Shown here: positions 26,761-39,484 of the stretch, in pieces
Numbering within the stretch: position 1 is the first letter of the stretch
Layout: every line of letters starts with the position of its first letter
NCBI GenBank assembly: GCA_965153455.1
Contig: OZ234493.1
Coordinates: 13,382,213-13,446,212, forward strand
DNA from: Sphagnum compactum
Lineage: Eukaryota
DNA length: 64,000 bases
Direction: 5' to 3'
Notes under the pieces: generated by a model
Database searches by the model: none
Told to the model about the DNA's origin: nothing
The model's input: the letters and a program-made list of their open reading frames with translations, nothing else
Translations under genes and position numbers: made by a program

Positions 26761-28519
26761 ATTTGCAAGAAATAATTTTTGAAAATCTCAACATTTCTGA
26801 AAATAATATAATTAGTGTCGAATTGGCCAAGGTACTAGGGTAATCCCCCCGACGAACAAAGGAGCATAATTCCTGATGAAGGACCAAAACTGCCTCCCGA
26901 GAGAGAGACGACAGAGAGAAATTTCATTTGATAAAACCCACTCTTCATAGTGTTAAACAATCCAGTCAAAAGGGCTTAACTATGTGAGAGAATTGGATCC
27001 CAGACCAAGCCCATCCATCTGGAACTGGATCCAACCAAGAATCCCAGTTTTGAACCCCAGTTTATGAACCCAACCCAAACCCTGCATAGGTAACCCTGGA
27101 TCTACTTGTAGAGAGGAGAACCACAAGCTCTGTTGAAAAGGCAAGAAGCACCAAATACTGCTTTGGAGCCTTTAACCCATGTGCTGGTTTGTGCAGATAT
27201 TAACCAGACATGGGTTATATAGTCTTATAGTGTACTAATATACACAGAGGGTGTTCAATAGGCTTTTGTGTAGGTGTGAAGAAAAAAATGTTATGACCCA
27301 ATGAAATTGCTGGATTTGGGGGGTCTGATTTTTTTTTCCCCCTTAATTATCTTGAGTGAACTAATACTTAAATGTGTAGTAGGGTTTAGTAGGTTTGTGA
27401 GAATTTTAGAGGACCAATGAAATAGACCATTATTTTCAATTTCGGCACAAGAGGGTTGTGTATAGGCTATAGATTTATCTTTCAGGCCAATGGGATTGCT
27501 GGAGCTGGTGGTTTAAAATGATTTTCTTAGTTATCTTAATTGAAGTAACAGTTCAATGTGTAATAGCTAATTAATTACAAGTGAGGTTCTTGCACATCAT
27601 TACTTGTGAATTTCTAAAATTAAAAAACTGCCCAACCCTAGTCCCACCTTGGTCAGAATACTCGAGCCAAGAATATTCATAACCGCCTCTTGGAGCTACC
27701 TCCTACCCTTTTGCCCCTTGGTTAACTCTTACCACCTACCTCCTAATTGCCTCCTACCACCCACCCCAATAGCTACCTAATAACTCCTATTCCCTTCCTT
27801 GTTTTATGTTGTGACTATGTTTTGCACAAAAGAGTAGTTCGCCTATAAGCAATATATGTTTTTCAAGAATGTAAAATTTATGCATTGATATCTAGAACTC
27901 GTTGACTCTTCGTGCTATGCTACTAATCTTGTTGTCCTCTTCGCGTTGTTGTTGTTTTTTTGCGTTATTGTTGTCCTCTTTGCGTTGGTGTTTTCCTCTT
28001 CGCCTTACTATTATCCTCTTCAACTACTCTTGTATTTCAAATACAAGGTTTTTCATGCCGCTATTCTCCTCTTGCGTTGTTGTTACTGTTGGTGTGTTGT
28101 TATTCGTTGAAGAATCTTGTACTACCCCTTGCATTCCTTCTTGCAGGAATTGGGAGTGGTCAAAAGTCGAGAATCAAAAATATGTATTTTTTGGTAAATA
28201 TTTTCCCCTTTGTTTATTTTCATTTTTTCATTTTTTAATTTCATGTCTTTTATTTATTTTTTTGTTTTAAATTTTTTGGCTTTTGGTTTATGATGCAAAG
28301 CTTGTTATAAATTGTTTTGGAGATAAACATAAACCCTTATACTTTTGACATTTTTATCTTTGTTTACTTGTTTTGCAGTATTCTTTTTTTGCTTACTTGT
28401 AAATGTTTTGCATCATATTTAATTGTGCATAGGAGCATTATGATCATATTAGACAACAAACCCCTGTATTTGTTTCCTTAGTTTCTCCACCATTTGGCCT
28501 TGTAAAACAATTGTGAAAG

Positions 28520-30910
28520 ATGGAAGGGTTAAATGAATTCAATAATCAAACAATGCAAATTGAAGAATATATAATATGCATAAATGATGAAATTAAAGTT
28601 AATCAAGTAAGGGAAGAAAAATAAAATCCAAGTTTGCAAATTGAAATAAGTAAAATGTTAGGAATATCTGATGAAAAGAAAATTAAACAAAGTTTGCAAC
28701 AATTGCAAACTCAAAGAAAAAAATGGCGTCTTCATAATAGAAATGCACTTTGTTGGTCTTTTTATTATGTTAATGATAACTCGAAAGTAAACTTGGATGT
28801 TCCTCAAATGATGCGTTGTTTATTGTGTCATTTTCAATTTGTTGTTTTTGTGAATCCAAGAAAATAGTTAAGGAAAGGTCTAGTAACATATTATAAAACA
28901 AGTGGCATAACATGTTTGTAAAAACATTTTGATGCAAATCATTCAGCAATTTATAAAATGTTTCTAGAAGAAATTAATAATGAAGGGAAAGAAAATGTTG
29001 AAAGACGATAGTAAAAAAAGGTCTCTTATTTCCAATTCTTCCATATTTGAATTTTTTGCTTCAAAAGATCCGTTTAAAAAGGATGATGTGGAACAAAAGA
29101 TATTTGTGGAAAATCTTGCACTTTTAATAATGAAAAATCATTTGCTTTTGCAATTTGTGGAGAGTGTGGTTAAAACGTTTAGTGTTACAATTATGTCCTT
29201 GTGTACAATTCCCTTCTCAAATTTTTTTTTCAAACACTGTTTTGCTTGAATTGGAAAAAACCAAAGAAACATATGTTTTGCCTTTGCTAAATGATAAAAG
29301 TTGTGCTACTGCCAGTTTTGATTTGTGGATGTCGAAGGGTGCACATGATGTGTTTGTCTTGGTCATAAATATTTTGGGATTTGATTGGAAACCAAAACAT
29401 GTTACTCTTGGTTTGTTTGAAGCTGCTAAAACTATAGGACAAGTGTTGGCTAAAAATCTTATTGAACTTTTAGATGCATATGGCTTGAGAAATAAGATCA
29501 TAACATATGTGAAAGATGAAGGTTCAAATTTAAATACATTGACTAATGCTTTGAAGTCTGTTATTAAATGTGAAACTTTAAGTTTGGAAGAAAGCTTTTA
29601 GGGAACCTGTTTTGGTTGTTTTTTTTCAAAACGTGCCAATATGCCACAATTGATGACAAAGTTTATAAGAACTTGAAATATGTGTATATTAAATCTACCC
29701 AAGAAAATTTGTAGAAATGCATTACTTGGCCAAAGAAATCTGGTAAAGGTTGTCAAGAATGAAATAAAGCTTGCATTGAAGCTGGTTTAAAACCTAGGAA
29801 ACTAAACACTCCAATGAAAACAAGGTTAGTTTGGTTTTTAAACATTTAATTTTTTGCTTCATTTTTGCAAGTTTATTGTTTTTAGTTTATTTTAATTGTA
29901 AGATTTTTTTGTTGATCCTTGATGTATTTCTGCAGGTTTGCAAATAAAATCATCCTATTTCAAAAAACATTATAATTTAAGGCAACAATTGTCCTAGTAA
30001 TAATAGACACACTGTAGTGAGGTTTATTGGTCGTGTCCTTCCACCTTTAACTTGACACATATCTCAAATAATTGTTGATGTTTTGTTTTCAGTTATAAGT
30101 GCTTATGTGTTGAACTAATCTTGTGGGCATTGGTTATTTTCTAATGCTTTGAATGTAACAATCACTATGAACCTAAAACATAAAGAAAAATCTAGAATTT
30201 CATTTAACGTACAGGATTTAATTGATGATGATTTTGTTCTAGCCCAAGAATTATCATTGCTTGCATCTAACATTAGAAGAGAAGTATGTGGCATTGTAGA
30301 TGGTTTTCTTTCATTTTTTAAGAAGTATGAAAAAAATAAAGCACATAACATGTTGTCTTTGATGTTAAACCCTAGATTTAAAAATCTTAAGTTGGTTTCA
30401 TCTCTTATTGATCGAGAGCAAGTTGTTTCCATTGTGGAAGAGTATGACCAACAATCTTTATTTCGTATGCTTTTGAGATGCTACCACATCTTCCACCCTA
30501 TGGTAAAATTTGGACCTATGGCAAGTATGCAAACTGATGAAGAAAATAACTTGGACATTTTTGAGAACTTTGTTGTAACTAATGAGCCATCAAAGGAGGT
30601 GGTGAACAAAGAGTTATTGATGTTCAAAAGGTTTCAAGTTGATTTCAAGGAAACTAAATGTCCTTTAAAGTGGTGGGCAAAACCCGAATTTCTATTTCCA
30701 ACTATGGCATTTCTTGCTCATAAAACTCTTGGCATTGTTGGTCCTTAGTTAGAAACTAAAAAAAAAAAATCATTGGCTAGAATTTTTGCAAATTTGAGGA
30801 GATGTCATTTATAATCAAATAATTTATATAAGATTAGTTTTGTTAGTAAAAATTGGCCTAGTGATCTTAGTGTGAGTTGTACTTCACCTTCTAGTTTGAT
30901 AGAGTTGATT
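28520..30910 (+). mobile_element. hAT transposase pseudogene (BED finger, DDE domain, dimerisation domain), with one intron at 29825-29935
   Basis: LCWSFY...MRCLLCH (BED finger), ASFDLWMSKGAHDVF, KDEGSNL, PMKTR|FANK across a GT-AG intron, LMLNPRFKNL, CPLKWWAK...FPTMAFLA..LGI and VFVSKNWPSD. Many stops and frameshifts. Confidence 0.9.
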
Positions 30911-33900
30911 GAAGGTTATTGAAACAAAAAAAGGCTAACATTTCTATATGCCAATATCTCCATGCATTTAAATTCCCATTAATGTTTTTGAATAAATAAA
31001 CACTTGTAAGATTTATAAACGCTTGAGTTCAACTATAGTACAACATATGCAAAAACATTTAAAACATGTAAGTAATTTCCCCTATGAAAAAAAATTAAAA
31101 AAATCACCACTATCGCACTTTAACATCCATAATTGGGTGAATGAATTTGTTCCACATGAATGAATTTCACCCAAATGAATGGAACTGATGATATTTTTTA
31201 CAAATCTTTTAATGTTATGTCATTGGTTAGAATCTTAAAAAGGATTCAACATTAATTGATGACATGTTTTTAGAACCTATCTACATAGTAAAAAATAATA
31301 ATTCAAATTTGTTATAAAATTACAATCAAAATTCAAATGTGTTGAATTTTTTTTCCAATTTTTTAAAATTTGACTATTTGCTTCAAGAAAAATGGGAATG
31401 TTGGGACTTTTTTATTTCATATTTTGGCAAAATTTTCCATACAAAAAATCGTCAAGTGTGACTTAATGGATATGCATTAATGTTTCTTCAATATCGACCA
31501 ACACAACCATGCGATGTTTGTTATGCACTTCCCAAATCTCACCATGGGTTGAAGAAATCAATGAATTTTTTCAACTACCAAGCTTCATCTTCACTTTTGG
31601 AACCAAATCACAAGTGTCAACAAGTTTTTCCATCCAAAAGTTGTTTAATTAGATTGTTAACAATTGGATGATTTAAACTTTTGTATATCTTTAAAAATTA
31701 AAATTATATAAGTCTAACAAAACATTGATGATGCCTTCATTTTCCACTTAGAAAGTTAAGGGTTGGGAATTATGCAATTTGATACATCATGAAGTCTCTT
31801 ACATATTAAGTCTTTCAAAACTTTCATAATGTCACTAAAGGTGAAACCATGCTTGCACATGGATCATCAACAATAGAAATTTCAAATAGGAAATCACTTT
31901 TGACAAATAGTATGAGAAATGATAAGGACTTGGTGACCAAATAGGGTTTAGAATGGTTTATTGATAAACAATTTATTGGTAAGATGCAAGTAGAATTTGA
32001 AATAGAATCAATCTTAGTTGTTTAATGGTTGTTGCTAGGTTTTTTCATAAAGTTGTTGATTCTTTAATGTTGAGGCTATATAGTCTTGGTCATGCAAGTG
32101 AAGACTTGACATCCCATACTTATTATTTGTTGAGGTGGGATGTAACTAGAATTTTCCAACTATGGTGATTCATGGAGCCAACTAACTTGCTAAATTTTGC
32201 AAATGATATTATTTAATGAATTCTTTGTTGTTTTGCTTACAAGTGAGCTTTATTTTTTAGCTTTTTTGTTGCATGCAAATGAATTTCAAATTTTTATTTT
32301 TCTTTGATTATTATACTCAACCTGCATTCATAGTTTTTAGCAAAGCCAAATGGAGTTACACTCACACTCTCTACAATAATGCTTACCCAAATTCATAAGA
32401 ATATTTAATAGATACTCTTGTGAAACCATAAAGAAATTGGCTTACAATTACATTGTACCATTTTAAAATGTCTAAGTATAAATAATGAAATTAGGCCAGA
32501 AGTAATTAATTACAATTCAAAATAGAAGGATAAATTACAACCTAAAAATTTATGTTAAATAATTAAGAAATTTCTAATTTAATAATTTATTTTTGTAAAA
32601 AGTCAAAGTGGGGTGTCTCACAATATTTCAAAATTCACCCTACCTACTCGATGAAATAATTATTGTTGATTTACAACCATAATGTAAGCAAATCTAGAGG
32701 TTATATATTGCAAGGCATTTAGAAAAGACAACTCCATTCTACTCAAAGGATTTCAATCATCCATCACACCTAGCTAAAATGTGACCATTTTAGTTGAAGG
32801 CTTGTGTTGGTTTAGGAAGCTCATGTAGCCATGTTAGGAATCTTATCTTTTGCAAAACAAAGAAGTTGCATTATATTTATTCATAATAGATGATTTTCTC
32901 TCAATACCACAAATGTCAATTAAGTAAATTATTGGAAATTATTGGAAATAGAAAAGATGTGCAATGTGCTTCTCTATTCAGTGATATTTGTAAAATTGGT
33001 TTGCATAAATTCAACAACCTAGGAAATTGAACCTTTGCATGGATGTGAAAGGCAAATAACAAAATATGTTTGCTTTGACAATATAAGAATATATTCATGT
33101 ATATTGTATAGGAATATTAGTAATCTACTAATTTATTATGCATCCCTAACACTCCTACATGTTTACTCGTGTTCCATATGTCCAAGTCATAATAATGTTA
33201 TGTTTTTATAAGGTTTGACTAAGTAGCATTTTTAGATTAGTTACAAAGAACTATAACTTTATCCTAGTGACAAGGAATTCATTTAGGGAAGATTTTTTCA
33301 GAATTCATCATGTGGTCATCCTCACGGAGAATTCCAAATGGATTCATCTTGAACAATTCCAAATTTCATCCAAAATTGAAGACAATTCAGGTAGTTTCTT
33401 TGTATTATACATTAAGAACAAACCTTTGTTCACATTGCACATGCTTTCTCTCCTTCTTGTTTTTTTTTTTTTTTTTTTTTTTGTGTCAATCATTATTTCG
33501 AACAAAAACTTTGTTATCCAAGGGACAAAACTCATTTGGTGTCCAAAGGACAAAGTGTGGGGTTCAACTATCTAAAACAAGGAATTATGCAAACATATGA
33601 AAAACAAAGGGCATTGAAATTGAGGTTCCCGACGTAGGATTTTGTTTTGTTTTATGCATGACGTTTTGGAGCACAATGTCTAGCATATTTGAACTTGCTA
33701 ACCAATGATGATGCGCCTCCCCATGTTTGTTCCTTTCTAAACATGAACTTTTGATGAAAATGAAATTTGCATAAGGGATTGAATCTTTATATCCTTCCCA
33801 CATTGAGTTACCATTCAACTACTTATACGTTTCAGATGAGCTAAAGGGTCAACATTTTTCTCTACATGGATAATCTTGTCCTTGGAACGAAGAGAAGTAG

Positions 33901-35507
33901 TGTGTCAAACAACTTGTGAACGCATATTGGCTTAGAGCTAAAACCAATTGACTTGGTGTGCAAAGGGTTCATTGTAAGCCAATTGCGACTCATCAAATGA
34001 TTGTTCATGTCCTAGGTTAATCAAATTTTTTTGACCTAAAGCCCTTCAAAACAATAAGAGGTCTCTCTTGAACAATGAAAATATCCCATGACACATAATT
34101 TGTGCAATTTGGTACCTTATTATCAAAGAGGGAAAGTGAATTAATGTGTCAAAAGTTCCTTGTCTATTGTTTAGAGTGACCATAATCTTGCAATTTTTGT
34201 CACTCCAAATCTTCCATATTTAATATTGAAGGTTCTCGACCTATTAGGGGAATCAAGGAATGTCATTAAAAAAAAAATTTAAATGGCAATATTGTGACAA
34301 TATGTGTAGTAGCCACATCTTGTGTAGTAGCTAAAATCATGATGTGGCTACTACAAGAGATGTCTGTCAATGGCATATAATTGGAAATCGCAGGTACCCA
34401 TCAAAACATTTATGCATGTAAATCAAAGACGTCCTGTTGATTTTTACAATGGGCACCTTCATTGCAATAGCAGAAAGAATTTGCAGAATCTTTGCTTTAG
34501 GTCGGCCTCACATCCCACGTTTCCCTTCTGTAGGAAACAAGATGATGTTCAATCTTGCAGCAGCTGGGTGTTGGAACTATGGGCAAAAGCAGCCAGACAT
34601 TATTTATGGTCAGGCACTTCCCAAAGCATCAACGATGTAAGATGTGAATGCAACAAAATCCTTTGCACATTCTGCTTTGAAAATGTCACGAAGAACTCTT
34701 TCTCCCCCCCCCCACCCTCTCTCTGTGCAATATGTGTATTCCAAGCTTCCATGTCCATCAATCATGGTGTAAGTGCGGTCATTAGGGCAGAGACCCTTGT
34801 GACATTCATGGAGCACAAATATGAAGTCCCAGCTTTTGCAGTAAACTTGTGTTTCCATAATGCAATTTCTGAAGGGTCACAAGGGTATGTGGATTTTGCC
34901 AGAGATGGGATTCCACAAACACAAATGCAGCTTCCATGGCAATCAACAAGCTTTGCAAAACACAATTTCCTTTTACTGCAAAGTTCTTTCCTTCATTTGA
35001 CAGGAGACAACAAGCTGCATGTGTACGATTCTCCTTTTGTGGAGACAACAACAGAAATTTGTCTCTGAGAAATCCTCCGCAGTTAGTGCTCATGCAAGAA
35101 AAGACCCAACAAAAATTGCAAAAAAGGACAGGACAATTGTTTCCTTGATCTTACAAAACTGATGATACAAATTGCGGTGCAAAGTTTGTTGCTGTTTTGC
35201 AAAAAAAACCTTTACACAAGAACCACTTCTAAATTCAAGCCTGAAATTGGTTTTGAGCTTTGGATCAGCTGCACTCATCATCTTGTTCATCAGAGTGTGG
35301 ATAGCAGCAGTTTACATTCTTACTATTTGCTGAAGCTCGGGATCAATTTCTTGGCATGCCTTTCTACATGTTATGAGTTTTTCTACTTCTTGTTGCAGGT
35401 GGTGCTAGCAGACATCGTAGTGTTGTTGCTGGCAGTGCGTCAGAGCATTTTTGCTCCTGATTTGCAAACTTTTATACATATTGTACATGATTTCTCCTTC
35501 AGCTTCT

Positions 35508-37730
35508 CTAGTCTACAAGCTGAAGCTCCTGGTACATGGGACCAGCAATGGCTTGCTGCATCACAAGCATAGGGTTGATCTCTCCATCGTTCTGCAAGAA
35601 AACCTTGAGCAAGTTTTTACTGAATCCAGACACCATAGCCACGCCCTTCTGGTTCTTCACAACAGGTGTACTCCTGGAGTCTCGCAAGTTCCAGAAAACA
35701 ATTTGGGGTGGATGATCTCCATAGCCAGCTTTCTTGAACTTGTTGCAGATGACCATGTAGTCTGTGGCTTCCCAATCGCTGCCAGCCTCTCCCTGGGTGG
35801 CTTGGTCAAATTCCATATCGCTGAAGACGAACAGACGCTTGATCATCTTCTCGGGAGGGAGAGAGTGCAGCACCGCCTTACTGAGGATGATGTCGAAGAC
35901 GGCTTGGAAATCGGTGTTCATACCCCAATCCATAGACTTTGTGAAGCGATGTCTCTCGGCGATCGTTTCTCCCTTCACCAAGTGCAGTTGCGGCTGCGAG
36001 CTGAAAGTCATGATGTGATTCTTCCATGGCTGCTCGCACAAATCGGATACCAACAAACCCAATGCAATGCAAACCTCCATCGGAACCCCAGCCATGCTCC
36101 CGGAGACGTCGCAAACTGCCATACAATTGCTCAATGAGCCTTGCTTCTTCATGTCCTCCACCAGCCGTTTCCACTGCAGCTCCGACACCTTCCCTGCTTC
36201 ACCTTGGTCCTCTTTCTCCACTGCCTCCTGCACGATCTGGTGCGGAAGCAAAGCCCCGGCCGCTAGCTTCGCTCTGCCTGCTGTGACATCCTCTAGGAAC
36301 TTCTTGAACCTCTCTGGGTCTTTCTTCTCGAAGATCTCTTTGTAGTTCTTCATGGCAACGGATGCTACTCTGTTGTAAGGAAGCTCTTCCCATCTCTTCG
36401 CGCTCATGTACACTTCAGGAAGCTCGAGACATCTTCGCAAAGGGACAAGCACCTCCTTCCGTAGCCTGTCGCGCACACGGTAGGCGTAGTGTGCATCCTC
36501 GAGATCTGCGTACTCTGGGAACGAGGATTTGAGGAATAGGCGACGGGCGATGCTCTCGCACATGAGTGTGCGCTTGTCGTAGGATTGATCCAACGAAGGC
36601 GCCCACTTCGCAGCGAGACTCAGATCGAATTGCCTCTTCTCCGCGAGCGCTAGCACATCTTTCGCCAGCTGGTCCGCGAAGATCTGTGCAGCTGCCGAGT
36701 GCAAGAGCTTGAATCTCGAGTCCTGGGAGTATTTCTCGACGGCTCGCTCCGCAAGCTCGGCTGTCACGATCCGCCGCTTCTTTCTAGCTTGCTCTTTCAT
36801 GGCCGCATCCTTGACCTGCTGGGCGGCAATTCTCTCGGCTTGCGGGAGAAGAGTTCCATCCGCCTTCGCAGCTCTAGCTGCAGCACCCTTCCTACTCTTA
36901 TACGCTTCCCTCGGAGCTCCTTTCCCACAAGTGAGTGCATAGGTTCTCATGATCTGCTTGTAAGCTCTGATGTTTCCCGCGGCCTTCTCCTTAGCTTTGA
37001 GCTTGAACTTCCCAAAGCGTACAACTTCATTATGCTCCTCTTTTTTAAGGAGCCGGAGCTGGGTTTCTTGGGGACCTTCGACAATCCTGAGCACCAGCTC
37101 CAGCAGATCCTTGTAGTATCCAAAAGCCGGGATGCAACCCAAGTTCGCAAGTAGAGTTGAGGGATGATGGTGGTATAGCCACAAAGCCGCCGTGTAGAAG
37201 CTCTCCTTGTCTGATTTCCCCGTCCCTCGTACCGCACGCAGCTGGAAGACGAGCTTCAGAGCCGTGCTAGCGTCCTCCTTCCATGCAAGCTCCAGAAGCT
37301 CCGTCACTCTCTGCGAGCTTGTACTTGGAACCACCTGGAAGAAGAAATCAAGGCATGCGTTTCCGGATTCTAGAAAAGTTGTCGACAGATTTTCCGTCAA
37401 TCCCAGTTTGGGTAGTTGTCCGGAATTATTTTCGCGCGTGCTCTCGCCCTTGAGCATCTCCAAAAATGGCTCATGGGGCAGTTCCTCATCATCATCATCA
37501 TCATCATCATCCTGTCTCACCTCGTTAGAGTTCAAGTTTTCTTTTTCATGAGATTCCTGATCCTTCTTCGGATTCTCCCGCACAGTTTCTGATTCAAGAG
37601 ACTTTTGTAGTGCGAGCGACTGCAACAGCTGCTGACGATCTAGCTCCCCATGCAGGTCAGCTGGTCCAGCGCCCACATGAACTGCAGCAACTGGAGGACC
37701 TACTAGTGGCAAAGCTTCAACTGTTGCCAT
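35508..37730 (-). CDS. DUF2828-family helical plus vWA protein (At5g13210 / mimivirus L728-like, TROVE-like), 740 aa, coding region uninterrupted
   Basis: Long GC-rich ORF, probable start ATG at 37730 (MATVEALPL). Motifs: GLTENLSTTFLESGNACLDFFF, ALKLVFQLRAVRGTGKSDKE, FGYYKDL, SLAAKWAPS, LPYNRVASVAM, AGALLPH, MIDAS-like VCDVSGSM, TDFQAVFD, FSDMEFD, IVFWNLR and VSGFSKNL. Confidence 0.9.
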   Translation of the reverse strand: MATVEALPLVGPPVAAVHVGAGPADLHGELDRQQLLQSLALQKSLESETVRENPKKDQESHEKENLNSNEVRQDDDDDDDDEELPHEPFLEMLKGESTRENNSGQLPKLGLTENLSTTFLESGNACLDFFFQVVPSTSSQRVTELLELAWKEDASTALKLVFQLRAVRGTGKSDKESFYTAALWLYHHHPSTLLANLGCIPAFGYYKDLLELVLRIVEGPQETQLRLLKKEEHNEVVRFGKFKLKAKEKAAGNIRAYKQIMRTYALTCGKGAPREAYKSRKGAAARAAKADGTLLPQAERIAAQQVKDAAMKEQARKKRRIVTAELAERAVEKYSQDSRFKLLHSAAAQIFADQLAKDVLALAEKRQFDLSLAAKWAPSLDQSYDKRTLMCESIARRLFLKSSFPEYADLEDAHYAYRVRDRLRKEVLVPLRRCLELPEVYMSAKRWEELPYNRVASVAMKNYKEIFEKKDPERFKKFLEDVTAGRAKLAAGALLPHQIVQEAVEKEDQGEAGKVSELQWKRLVEDMKKQGSLSNCMAVCDVSGSMAGVPMEVCIALGLLVSDLCEQPWKNHIMTFSSQPQLHLVKGETIAERHRFTKSMDWGMNTDFQAVFDIILSKAVLHSLPPEKMIKRLFVFSDMEFDQATQGEAGSDWEATDYMVICNKFKKAGYGDHPPQIVFWNLRDSRSTPVVKNQKGVAMVSGFSKNLLKVFLQNDGEINPMLVMQQAIAGPMYQELQLVD

Positions 37731-38233
37731 GGTCGAAGAAGCTCTTGAGACAGAATGCAGAATCTCCGGAAATCCTGTCGCAACAAACAAAAATCCCTCT
37801 ACGTTTCCCTTTTCAATTCTCGACTACCTAGCTAGCTAATGGAAATCCTCTCACACAACAAAAATTCCCTAGGTTCCCCTTTTGAATTCTGTACTCCCTA
37901 GCAAATGGGGACCACTCCAGAATTGCCGGTAAAAGCTGAGACGCTGCAAAAACCAGCTGAAAAAACGACTATGGAGGAGGAGACAAACAAATTTACAAAT
38001 TACAAATGCGAGACGAATCTCCAAGCTTGAACGATGCAGGAAGTGCGCATATGCCGAAAAACTGGCCAACGGGGAAGAATCAGGAAAAAACACTCAAGAG
38101 GAAGAAGAGAGTGCGCGATGGAATTGAGAGAGACACCGCAGAGTGAGAAGCAGGGAAGAAGAACACGGCTATTTATGAAATGAGCAAGCAGCACTGAAAC
38201 GCACGCGCAGTGTGAGTGAGTGAGTGAGTGAGA

Positions 38234-38287
38234 AGCAGTCAAGTCGGACAGTGTTGGCGTGAGGAGCAGTCAAGTCGGACGGTGTTG
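38234..38287 (-). promoter_or_regulatory. Duplicated 23-bp motif containing a W-box (TTGACT) and a CCGAC core, upstream of the DUF2828 gene
   Basis: AGCAGTCAAGTCGGAC(A/G)GTGTTG at 38234 and 38265, about 60-110 bp upstream of a TATA-like CATAAATA (minus strand, ~38170-38177). Confidence 0.45.
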
Positions 38288-39113
38288 AGGAGAAAGGAAA
38301 CTTGGGACGCTTTCCTTGGGACGCAAGAGTCGGTTTTGGGTTTCAGGAAAAAAAAAAGGTTCTAATATCAGTGTTTTGTTTTTGGGCGATTTTTTTTTCA
38401 GAAAAACAAAACCCAAACACGAAAACATTTGTGGTATAAATAAAAGAGATTTTCGCCAATTTTCAAATAAAAACAATTGAATTAGCCACATCTGGACCTA
38501 AGCACTTCCTAGGTAGCCAGCCACTTGTAATAGTAGCACTTTTGAAAAAAAATGTTAAAGCCCACTTTAGGATAATCGCCATTTAATGCTAATTAATGTT
38601 GGGGTTCCTCGCCAGTGTCTCTACTTAAGGAGTTTGAAAACAAAAGCCTGATAATTGTAATCTAAAGATATATATATATTTCTGATACTATGCATATTAT
38701 TAATTTATGGGGGTTTTATATTTATGATCTTGCAAGGAGCTTTGGCAGGTATTTGTGATATTATTCATATAAATCTGGAGCTTCAGGTATTTATCTAAGC
38801 TTGACATATCTATCTGTGAACCGATTTAGGTTGTTGCTTTGAGACACCTGCAGCATCCTCATCTCAATGCAAATTCTTTGCTATTTATGGTTCTTTTTTT
38901 TTTTGTTTGGAAACCATGTGAGGATTTGGAGGTTTTTTTTCCAAGAAAACCAAGATCGCAAAGGAGTGTCACCTGACGATGAGCTAATTTAGTGTCAAGA
39001 GCTAATTAAGTAGCCTATGTTTTCCTTTTGTTTCCATCTTGGAAAAAGCTCCACCTGTCCAAATTCTTTTAATAGGTGATCCCAACTTCTTGTTCCTTTT
39101 CATACTTACTTAA

Positions 39114-39484
39114 GAACATCTCCAATGGTGCTCAATATGTGACCCTCTGAAAATATTTTTCACATCCAAGTTTATTTATGTATCATTTGCAACCCCACCC
39201 ATAGAGCTGAAACTTGGACAGCAAATAGGTGGGGGATTACTAATAGCAAACCACCTGGACCAATCATTATGATGGGCCAAGGAGCAACATTGAACAGTCG
39301 TTAGATCATATTTATTACACTCCTTTCTGTAGGTGCACAGCTACTGCGCCTTTCACCGGCCACCGCAACGTGCTGAATTATGCTGAGCCAAAACCATTTT
39401 CCCGAGCCAAACCGGCGAATGTTGGATTTTCTTCATCAACTTTTGCTGTGCAGGATCACATACTAAGCACCGGTGGAGATGCTC
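39114..39484. mobile_element. Tourist/PIF-Harbinger MITE, 371 bp
   Basis: TIRs GAACATCTCCAATGGTGCTCAATATGTGA / TCACATACTAAGCACCGGTGGAGATGCTC, with TAA on both sides. Confidence 0.88.

Noticed and set aside
26871-26905. CCTGATGAAGG...CCCGAGAG, possible hammerhead ribozyme / Penelope-like motif (also CTGACGATGAG at ~38973)
   Set aside because: The required GAAA core and convincing stems I and III are absent.
31480-34150. Possible decayed coding or TE sequence on the minus strand
   Set aside because: No diagnostic motif could be recovered by eye, so it is left unannotated. The same applies to 55630-56540, 53640-53860 and 16280-16430.
34370-35068. 232-aa plus-strand ORF
   Set aside because: No recognisable motif. 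It lies antisense to the 3' flank of the DUF2828 gene, runs through a poly-C tract and has a non-coding-like composition.
37731-37790. N-terminal extension of the 760-aa ORF (MFVATGFPEIL...)
   Set aside because: It starts at TTG and crosses a probable 5'-UTR intron acceptor (TTGCGACAG). The first ATG, in good context (ACCATGG), is at 37730.
35451-37831. Several plus-strand ORFs (e.g. 228 aa, 151 aa)
   Set aside because: Antisense shadows of the GC-rich DUF2828 CDS.
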